From NCBI GenBank assembly GCA_963924565.1, contig OZ004607.1, forward strand, positions 31,682,001-31,746,000: a stretch of 64,000 nucleotides of DNA, in the 5' to 3' direction. Under the pieces are notes generated by a model. It was not told where the DNA came from. It was given only the letters and a program-made list of their open reading frames with translations, and ran no database searches. This stretch comes from Ascidiella aspersa. Taxonomy: Eukaryota. The stretch's first letter is position 1; every line of letters begins with the position of its first letter. The position numbers and the translations under genes are program-made. Of this stretch, positions 54,601-64,000 are shown in pieces.

Positions 54601-57600
54601 GGATGTTTACAGTTGTTTTTTGGAACGAAAGAGACGGAAGTGAGTAACGCCAAGAAAAGGTAGGCTATTGTAAACAGCTTTACCATCAAAACGAGCCACT
54701 AAAAAATCAAGTTACCTTGGTTGCCTTCCCTATACAATATGTATTAGTTCAACTTTTACAGTACCATCACCATTGGGGCTATTTTGGGACTTGCTGCAAT
54801 CCTTACCTATAAAAAGATTTTCGAAGTCTTACCTTGTCGATTTGCTCGCACAGCGCATCGGCAATCAGGCGAACGTGGCGGCTGTTTTGGAACATCTCCT
54901 GGCACAGAACCCAGTACTTTGTGCTCTCGCCAACTGGAAAGAAGAAGAAAATATCGATTAAGAAGAGTCGTGTGTTTCGTCATATAGTTGCCGTCGAATT
55001 TGTCTGCGAAATTAGTTTTATTTTCAGAAACGAAAGATTCGCGGATTGGAGTTGCTCTACTTGGAAAAAAACGAACGTGAAACGCACGATTGCTCGGAAA
55101 TGAATGTGACCACTAAATGAGGTTCAAAGAACGGTTTACACGATTGCTATTTAGGGGCTCAAATAACATGCGCGTTTAGTAACAGTTTTGCTGCATCATT
55201 TCGTCCATGAAAGTTGAATTACGCAACTTGGTGCTCGAGAAATAAAAGGGCCTATACTTATGGAATGCGAAGCCATTAACGGCATGTTTCATGTACCGTC
55301 GACGCGTTTAGGCCTCTATAAAGGTGTAAAACTCAAAAGTTAAAAATAGTGGGTTTAAAACCTGGTATAATATCGCGTAGGCGAAATATCTTTTACTTTA
55401 AATTTTAAACAAACGTGTGATACGCATTTTTTCTGCAAATTAAAAAAACAGCTGCTGCTTTGTAAACAGCCTGTTCATGTCGATCTATATCAAACACCGT
55501 CGATGTACGAAGGTACGAAAACGTCAGCACACTTTTTTGCGTAAGCGGAACCTCGACGCCGCGTAATCGGCCAGAGTGACGCACGCCACGTCACGCGTAC
55601 ACGTCCGGTGCTGTGCCTAGAAGTTTTTAGGTCACCGGGCTTAGATGCACCAAAAGCATCCGGCAAAGTTCGCCCGGCACCAATGCTGTCACTTTTGCGC
55701 CCGAAAGTCACTTTTTGCTGTCACTTTTGCGCCCGAAGGAGAAACTGCCCCCGACAGCGAAAATCGGTTTCTGCGCGTATTATGTAAAAGGAAAACCCAC
55801 AGTTTTTTATAGTGCGATCATTATGCGAAAAACGACAGTGGCCAAAATCAACATCCTATGACTGTAAATGTGCCATAGTTAATGCAAAGCGTCATTTGAA
55901 TGTGTTAAAAAACAGATTCCTTAAAAAAAGTTGCAAAAGAATCAGTTGTAGGGTATATCAAATTTAAAAGTGAGTGATATCGCCCAAAATGAATATATCA
56001 AATATATTAATAAAATACTGATTCGGTTTAATGATTTTTTCCACCAAAAATTATGTATCCTGCAAGTATTTCCCCCAATTAATCCTAACTAGGTTTTCCG
56101 ACAGCCAAAAGTGCCAAATCACTGCACCGCGAAGCGTTGTTTTAGCCTTACATCCAATCAACAAGATTCCGGCAACCTAAAGTTACGCGAGATTGCCACT
56201 TTGCATTATCCATTTTACTTTGAGAGGCATTGCGCATGCTTCTACAGTATTTTGCTAAAAAAATAAAGAATTATCTCATAACCACGTCATACATAGTAGT
56301 AGACGCCCACTCAATTGACTCCGACATGTGTTGCAATGCCCACAGCATATGGGCATCATTCAACACGTCAGTCGTGATGCAATGCTGTACGACGCTGAAA
56401 CGCGTGTAATGTCAACATTGGAATCGGTAAAAAATCGATTTCAGCAATAACTGTAGTGACCAAATACTTGATTTTAACTGTAGTGACCAAATACTAGATG
56501 CGACTTTTTTGTTGTTTGCATATTATGTTGTAATAATTTTGTACTATAGAAAACACCACGGAATTGTATAACGTGGATAAAACAATAACTGGATTTACCC
56601 TTATATTTAATACTGTTTTATTTCAAACATTTTCTCTTTTGCTTTTATATAAGCGACATTTCCTGGTATAATTCTATGTAAAACAATTGGCGAATTAAGG
56701 AAAAAAATTTGCGTAAGCATCAACTTTTTTGGTTGGTAAGAAGGCACATAATATACAGCTATTCAAAGTAAAAATCATTTTAAGCTGGTTTACAAATTTA
56801 AAATCTATTTAAACGATTTTAATCTAGTTTGTTCAAGTAAGCCAGTGTTTCTCAGCCTTTCCTAGCGGCACCCCTCAGAAATAGGAAATAGATTGCGGCA
56901 CCCCTTTAAGATTTTTCCGTAGGTAATTCATTAGAATTTCACAACAAATGGAACTGGAACAACACGCAACAACTCTACACAACGTAGGAAGTTATAATTG
57001 GATTTATTCCACTCTAATCTTACATAAAAAGTTGTAAGAGTTGAGTAAAAATCAGATTCTTAAAAATTTCCAAATATGTCGCGGCACTCTTGAGGATTAG
57101 AAAGGGCACCCCGGTTGAGAACCACTGAAGTAAGCCAAACCAACCTTTCTTGTCGTCTAACGTCTTTCTGTTTTGGGTGCAAGCTTCCAAGTAGTAATTG
57201 AGATTTTCACTGAACATCCGCTTCCACTTCTGATCCGGCTCCCGCTCTTTCGGAGGACACGAGAACTTCTTCATCACCTAGAGCAGGAGAAAGTATTTTA
57301 TATAACGTCGAACGAGATGTTTGAAGTTTGGATTCGAAAATATCTGGTAGGTTATTTGAAAAGATTGGTTCCAAAAAATCCACACAACAAATGTCAGTTA
57401 TTCAATGGTTTCTACACGGCCCGCCTATGTAGTTCATCCGGCCCGCGACCTCCTTTGCAAATTGGTAATTAGGCCAACACCTATTTATTTTAACAATGTT
57501 GCGCGCGAATCTTTTTTTTTTTGAAGTGTATATTTTGGGTAAATCTTCTCAGCCCAAAAGCTCCGTGCGCATCGAAACTCTCTAAATACAAGTTTCCCCA

Positions 57601-60600
57601 ATTTTTTTCGCCTTTTCTTCGCTGATGCATTCCATCGTTTATGATATAGGCTACATACAACAAAAATACAAGCATTGTGTGAATTTTTTTATATGTCTTA
57701 TGCGCCACGCCTCCTTTAAACTGAAAGTGTTGCCAACTTAAACTAAACAAACGAATTTTGTGCGCCTTTTGGAATAAAATTTTGAATTAACTTCGAATGA
57801 CACTTATTATAATAAAATTGTCAAGAGTCACACGTTATTATAACAAAACTGTTAGTAGAAATTTAATACGGGCCGCAAGATTTTGCGGAGTTTGATATTG
57901 GCCCGCGACTAGAAAAAGGTTGCCGACCACTGGGCTATTAGGTAGGCAATTAGACTTTAAGGCATCTAATTACAATTACGTAATATAGTCATCATACTGA
58001 TTTACATTTACATATGCGTTAAGAGTTTGACAAGGCACATTGTTTACTAATCCGTCATAATCGCAAATATAACCGATGTACATCACATATTCTTCGACAC
58101 GATGTGCGTCAACTTATTTTTGACGCTAAGTTTTCTAATGCTTAAAGTCAAAACCCTTTTTATTATTGATTTTTGATTACGGAGTCACAAAACTGTATGC
58201 AAAAGTTAGCGGTAAAAATCATCAGCAGAACAATCAACTACAACGACTTTACTAGTTCGTTTTTTGGTTGATTTTAGGCCACCACATACATTTTGTAAGC
58301 AATACAGACGTTCGTTCGAAAATCTATTACCAGGAAATATTAACCAGTAACCATAACACAATATATATATATATATATATATATAGGCTTCATAGGCTTC
58401 ACTGTATGCAAAGGCTGTCACAGGTGAAACACATATAAGATAGGCCTAATGAGTTATTGGCGCCTTAATGCAAAGCACCACAGAATGCTTGTTTTTACCG
58501 TAGCTTCGAAGTGCTTCGGGTCCTGGTCCCATCCACGCGCTGAAATAGAATAAAACCTAATTAGATCTCAGTTCACTATAACTTACATGCGCTTGCCTAA
58601 TTGGGCCGCCGGGTTGAATCTATTTATAGACGAAAAATTTGCATTCGATACCAATAGAAAGTCGAAGTGCTATTTCAAGCAAGGACCGGGTTAAGAGTTG
58701 GCCACGCTATTAAGATGCAAATCCCCACGATTGTTTACTTGAAAAACATAAGTGGGGTTTCATTTTGGCGATGTGTATTCCTTCTGTGTATTGTTGTATT
58801 CTTAATATGTTATGGTAGCTTGAAACAAGCTTTACTAAAATTATAGTGAGCAAGGTTCAATTGAATCCTAACAATTGTTTATTCGGAAAAAATAAGTGTC
58901 GCTGCACTATTTAGAGATGTGTATCCGTTGTTTTAGATTAGAATAACGGCATTCTTAATTTATTTTTAAATAAAGGTTTAGCTTGATGTAAATGGTAGTA
59001 GCGGAGTGAATAGGATTTATTAAGAAATATCTATTGATTTATAGTTACACTTATATCACAGGGGTTTTTGATGTAGCTTATTATTAAGTCAAGCGAATCT
59101 CCGAAACAAAACATTAACGAAAAATGGAAAAATGCTTTATTTCAACATTTTCGCTTTTGCATTTATGTAAGCGATATTTCCCCCGTATAATTTTCCCCGC
59201 ATATTAATTCTATATAAAACAAATTGGGGAAATAAGGATATTTTTTTGCATAACGCATCAACTATATTTCATTGGACCTTTGTTCATTCGGAATTTCCGT
59301 GTTTTATTTTTGGATAAGTCTTACCTTTGTTCCAGATGAGAAAGACCTCTCGAAGGTTGCTGAAGTCCCACCTTCTCATGTCGCAGGTGTGAAGCATGAA
59401 GGACACTGTGTACATCAGGTCACGAAGCTTTTGCATCACACGACGATCTTCGGCTGAAAATCGGGAAATGTGTACGTTAAAAAAAGCAGTCAAAAGTCCC
59501 AATAAATATTTATTTTTTTTTAGATATAAACCGACACTTTTGTCTTATCAATACTTTGTTGTCTTTTAATCAATATAGCCTTATTGTCAACCCTATAAGT
59601 TAAACATACTATTTCAAAGTCAAAGTCTTAACAGAAATAAGTCCAAGTCAAGTCTTAACAAAACTAGCCAGTCAACTCCAAGTCAAATCACTAGCAAAAA
59701 AATAAAACATTGAACTATTTAAATTGGAAAACTCGTCCGGATATGAGCAATAACTCAATTACAAAAAGCAAAAAAATACATATAGCTATCCAATTGTTTT
59801 GCAAAAAAAGAGGCAAAATGAAATTTTATAATAAATGGTAAATGAAAACCCTCTTCAACCCACGTCAATTGACTAAAATGACATGTGACCATGTCAAATC
59901 ATTTGTCCAAAAGACTAAAGTAAAGTCAAGTAATTTAACCAAAATAACTTGGGTCTAGTCAAGTCACTTGAAAACGGCGACTCAAGTGCACTTAAGTCAA
60001 GGTAAACGATATTAAAATGTTCCCTAACAAATGTTCCAAGAATATAAAGAAAAATGGCGTTACATGTTCACCACGAGTTAAGCAATAATCCCTCTTCAAA
60101 TAGAGTTAAGGGTCAACTAATGAAGGCATCATTTGCTATTGTGAGTTTGTTGTTGTTGTTATTGTTCAAACGTTGCACGCCGAATGAGCGTGGCAAATTG
60201 TAGACCCAATAATAGAATTGTCATCGACAACAACCCATTAATCAGCACGTGTTGCCCATAGTAAATAATAGTAGCGTAACAACACACATCAACTCATCAA
60301 CTGGCGCAACTTATCACACCCTTATTTCGCACGCCTCAGGAAACTATTAACCTTATCTAACAAATTTAGAAGCGTTAAAACGCAGCAGTCGTAACCAGTG
60401 CAGACAAACTGCTTTGTTCCTTTATAAAGGCCATTTGGCAGCGATTTACGATTGCTTCGTACTATCAGTCAACAAATCAGAACCAAAAAAGTCAATAATA
60501 GATTGCAGCAATAGCATTCGTGCTAAAGCTATCTTCATTTAAATAAAAATGAATGTAAACCTGGACCTATATTACAGTCACCCTCATTAATTCCTTTTAA

Positions 60601-63166
60601 ATTTATAAATGTCGTTTGGCCAGTTGAAAGGTTGTTGTGCATTACTAAAAAAACCGAAATGTCAACCGAAGCGCAAAGCAGTAGTTTGATAATAGCAAAT
60701 TTACTTTTTAAAGAGTTTTAACTTCAAGATTTATGGTTTGGTAAAAGGTGTAAATTCATGAAAAGGGATTATCCGAAACTTAACCTTTTATTCTGATTAA
60801 GTTATCCGGTATTTTAGACAAAATAATCGGTATCAGATCGCCAACGAAGCCAACCAATATCTGAGAAGCACCCAATTACCCATACAACCACTTCGGTTGA
60901 AATTGGTTAACAGTTTCGAGTTAAAATTATCATAGGGCATCCCTAGACGCCTCCCCATGTTGAAAAAAGTTAATCCAGCATTTCCGCGTAAACCACGAAA
61001 ATACCTGAATTCAGCATGAGCAGACTGCCGGCCTCCGCTTGCGTGTCACTGGTCTTCCTTCTATTCTTGTCGTGCGGCGAGTGCCCGGGCTGCTTGTCGA
61101 GGGATCCGCGCGGCGACGACTTGCCGCTCGCTTCGACGCTCGGCCGCCGGTTCGGCACCGTGTTGGAGCGCGTGCGCTTCGGCGGCGACACCCCGAGAGT
61201 TAGCAGCGACGAATGGCGGGGAATCGGGCCTCGATTTCCCGCCGGAGCTTGCCCGGAAATGTCGATCGACTGACGCGCGGTGTTTTGGCCCGGAAAGCTC
61301 GACACGTTCTTGATCATGCGCATCGCCTCGCGAAGCGGCTTGTGACCTGCGTACAGCGGCGGCGCCGCGCGAGGTCAGAAATTGGAAACTGAATGGTGTA
61401 ACAAAGTCTACAGAAATTGCATGGCGGATTTTTTTTGTAGCAATACGATGAGAGCCATTAAAATGCGTTGACTTTTGCCATTAAAATTTGTTATTAAAAT
61501 TTGTTTACTTTTCGCGGCTGGTGACCTGCGTAAAGCGCGGTCAGAAATTGGAAACTGAATGGTGTAAGATAGGTTGCTGGGAAATTTGCTTGCTGGATCT
61601 TGTCTTACTTTTTAGGTATTGTGGTTTATTTGCAATGGAACTGCCGCGATTTCTTATAAACTTGGTTCGCATGAACAAACAAATGCTGGATTTTTAATGA
61701 AGACCTAGTAGCAATAGGATAAGAGGCATTCGAATTAGTTTACTTATGTCTTGCGTTTTTATTGACTTTGTCTTGTGTTGTTTTAAAATTTACTTTAAAT
61801 TTTCGTGAAAACATCGTGAACAAAGCAGATGGCGAATTTCGCTGTTAACCCTGTCCAACCTGTACGGCAATAGTGTAGCATCTTGGGGCGAGAAGTGATG
61901 CAAACAACATGGGTTTGATATAGAATCGTGACAAATCATATTTCAGTAATTTATTTTTCCTGTTGCACGCGATACAAATATATTTGGTCTATTTGCTCGT
62001 TTCCGTTGTCTGAATAAAACTTGCCCAAATAAGCGTTCTAGTACAAAGCGGGAAGTGGCCCAATACGACGAAAGAGAAATTCCCAAGAAGCTCCATTGCA
62101 TTGTTATCATGACTAAAAACGGCCGGTCCAAAGTGCGACAGTAAAAAATATATGGCATACGATTGATTTGCTATGATTCAGCATATTCTAAAGTTGTCTG
62201 GGCGTTCTTGGCAATTGTACATCATTTGTTTTGATTTTTTTGTGATGTTCAAAATATTTTCGAAAATATTCCAGAAAATTAGTAAAAATTTAATTGTTTT
62301 ATTTCAATAGCCCATTAACAATCTGTAAAGGTTATATCAGTGATGTTTCAACTTACCGAATCCAAGCGTAAACGAAATGTACTTGAACACCAGACATTGG
62401 ACGTATCTAAAATATATAAAGGGAGTTAGAAACGTTTCACACACTCAGTGGTTATGCGCCACAATTACGTGCTTGGCAAAATGCCATTTGACTATTTCGT
62501 CGAAATGTTTTGATTCTCCTTATGGTGTCACGAAACATAACCGGAACCAGCATAGTCACTTACAACGAATTGACAATGAATTATAAAATTCTCACTTTTG
62601 ATTTTTTAGCATAAACAGAAAATGTAACAATAAAGTTTGAGGTGTAATTAGTATTTTAATTTTGATTCTTACCGTATCTTCATCGTTCATAAACCCCGTT
62701 TTTTGTTACACTATCTTAACGGACGTAATTAGCTTAAATCGGTTGTCAAAATGATCTTCGGGTGTTTACCTGAAGTTGTGAAATCTGCTTAAATGTTGTT
62801 ATTACATAATAGACTTTACAACTTCAAATTATAGATTTACTAAAGCCATTATCGGTAAGATTTATTTATTCTCAAGAGGTATTCGATTCGATAGGAATTT
62901 TAAAGATTGACAAAGCCAAGTGGCTATCAGAACGAACCAAGGCAATCAAGCATTCGCCTGTAGTGTATCTTTAACTTGCAAATAAAGCTCTGTCATTCAA
63001 AGGGGCTGCACAGGCCCTAGTAGCACATAAACAACACTCACACTTGCTGTGCTTCCGGGTTGTTGTGAATTTGCTTCCAAAACTGACTGGGCGCAGTCGC
63101 CCGGTCGTCGCAAACAAAGTTGTCAACGATGTCACAGACGTAATCCAAATCGCACAGGACCGACAT
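36623..63166 (-). CDS. PIK3R5: PI3K-gamma regulatory subunit p101/p84 (PIK3R5/PIK3R6) homolog, 30 coding exons, ~1480 aa
   Basis: Phase-consistent exons: 63042-63166, 62357-62406, 61005-61346, 59325-59453, 58499-58539, 57145-57277, 54833-54933, 53654-53722, 52611-52743, 52079-52154, 51476-51680, 50788-50935, 49243-49544, 48465-48591, 47607-47776, 45704-46244, 43543-43986, 42476-42515, 41849-41983, 41280-41411, 40774-40880, 39897-40009, 39705-39779, 39194-39262, 38998-39094, 38675-38745, 38239-38341, 37800-37888, 37382-37521, 36623-36758. Motifs match recalled p101: FYLWAKP..IQTEMKSPG, FHAVFG..CDL, LKVTFVGNDKTVGNLARAYYELR, IFYIP, DPWYQ, FSRFA, IEVSRC, LPLKTF. Confidence 0.85.
36908..37245. mobile_element. 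MITE with TA(G)..TGTCCGATA / TATCGGACAGCCCTA termini and CCGATA-rich body; inverted fragment at ~24560-24641
   Basis: Terminal inverted repeats; shared segment tgtccgata.tatcgga..gccgatacc.gatg.caagt. Confidence 0.6.
39341..39654. repeat. Diverged intronic direct duplication (39341-39480 vs ~39535-39654)
   Basis: tgtaccacaagtttaaaaa...gtaggtttaggg...gagtttaaaccaa...aaaactaaccgcaaat present twice. Confidence 0.8.
42713..43030. mobile_element. Degenerate hAT-type MITE
   Basis: cagacctgggcaaa ... tttgcccacccttg termini with ggccc subterminal motifs. Confidence 0.55.
46850..47570. repeat. Degenerate minisatellite-like intronic array
   Basis: Recurrent ttttgac...ctcga.tttcaa motif (~46915, ~47218, ~47360 and weaker copies). 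Confidence 0.45.
47842..48215. mobile_element. CAAGT(C)-rich repeat family copy
   Basis: Starts cagtgttgta; caagtc arrays; shares aaactcgtcc.ga.tatga with the ~59724 copy. Confidence 0.6.
56843..57127. mobile_element. Non-autonomous hAT MITE, 285 bp
   Basis: TIR CAGTGTTTCTCA / TGAGAACCACTG; perfect 8-bp TSD aagtaagc. Confidence 0.85.
57410..57932. mobile_element. hAT MITE related to the 19935 element (left end degenerate)
   Basis: Right end ggcccgcgactagaaaaaggttgccgaccactg nearly identical to 20317-20349. Confidence 0.65.
58360..58386. repeat. (TA)n microsatellite
   Basis: Visible AT dinucleotide run. Confidence 0.9.
59610..60002. mobile_element. CAAGT(C)-rich repeat family copy
   Basis: caagtcaagtc arrays at both ends; internal similarity to 48050-48210. 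Confidence 0.6.
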
Positions 63167-64000
63167 TTTTGCCAGGTCGCAGCGCTTACTCTAACTTCCA
63201 CAGAGTTCTACTTTGTTTCAAGACCTTGTTTAACCACTTCCTTTGGTCCTCACGATTACTCCAAGCCTGTTGAAACGGAGATGTATGGTTAGTTAGTTTA
63301 ACAGTGGCAGCACTTAAATTTAGTAAGATCGAATACACTTGTGCCAAGGAAAAACACAACTGCAGTTTAGCCTGAATCTATCTTATTTACTTCATTACTG
63401 TAAGCCACTAAACTTCGGTATATGAAGTAAATCTAGCAGTGTCACTTAAACATCCTGTCTTTACTTTATTTAAGTCTCTAAACTTGTGCATCTGCTTGTA
63501 CACACGTGTTACGGCATAATAAACAGTCTCTATCATAACCCACGCATTCGATTGTCAGTAATTGCGCACTGCTGAAAATATATTGTGACAGTTCTGGCTG
63601 AACAATCGTTTGTCTTTAACATACGTCTATTAATCAGCAGTCATTGTACAGAGGTACGCGAAGCGAAATTGTTATCAATAAACTACGACATACAACACCT
63701 TAAGGTTGAAATCTAAAGAGGCGCACCTGTAAAGGCAAAAACGTGGCCTCCGCGACCTTCATGTCCGCTTGCCTGTCTAGCGTCTGCGTATTGCGCTCAA
63801 CAAATTCACTACAGCGCCCTGGCGATTTTAAAAGGACCTTTCAAGTTACGTCACATCCGCCCACTGACAGCGTATACCAGGCGAGACGAGCTTCTAATGC
63901 TGTTGCTGTTGTTGCTGATCTGCCAGCCACACACTGGCGTGCTGTAATGGGTTCGCGGGAGCGAATACACTGCGTGTAACCGGTAAACAGGTGAGGTATT

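Noticed and set aside
56295-56396. Possible extra PIK3R5 exon (VVQHCITTDVLNDAHMLWALQ)
   Set aside because: Phase is incompatible with the flanking phase-1 junction; exons 57145 and 54933 join cleanly without it
55684-56498. Short duplications (32-bp unit at ~55684-55737; 20-bp unit at ~56449-56496)
   Set aside because: Ordinary slippage-type micro-duplications
36623-63166. PACS1/2 as identity of the large gene
   Set aside because: Several ordered motifs match p101/p84 instead
63743-63979. 78-aa plus-strand ORF with a following GTGAG donor-like site
   Set aside because: No ATG at the ORF start or recognisable homology; cut off by the window edge and may be promoter/UTR

Overview
AT-rich animal genomic DNA with spliceosomal introns; gene content and compactness suggest an invertebrate deuterostome such as an ascidian (inference). 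No prokaryotic features. Five protein genes were reconstructed by hand from GT-AG sites and exon phase: (1) a two-exon, 106-aa secreted, mucin-like, probably GPI-anchored micro-protein of CD24/CD52 architecture (-, 2237-14693, 12.1-kb intron); (2) a multi-exon coiled-coil protein resembling synaptonemal-complex SIX6OS1/C14orf39 (-, 23025-30889); (3) a group XII secretory phospholipase A2 (-, 31696-32795); (4) an intronless Syk/ZAP70-family kinase with a much shortened inter-SH2 linker (+, 33622-35442); (5) a 30-exon, ~1480-aa PI3K-gamma regulatory subunit p101/p84 (PIK3R5/6) homolog with a long N-terminal extension (-, 36623-63166). Family assignments rest on recalled motifs, not database searches. 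Introns and intergenic DNA hold several hAT-type MITEs and local duplications. The most unusual object is a ~480-bp element at 22095-22586: a tRNA-like Pol III gene with an atypical anticodon arm between two 117-bp direct repeats, with degenerate relatives at ~260-340 and ~2540-2690 in which the repeat is inverted.
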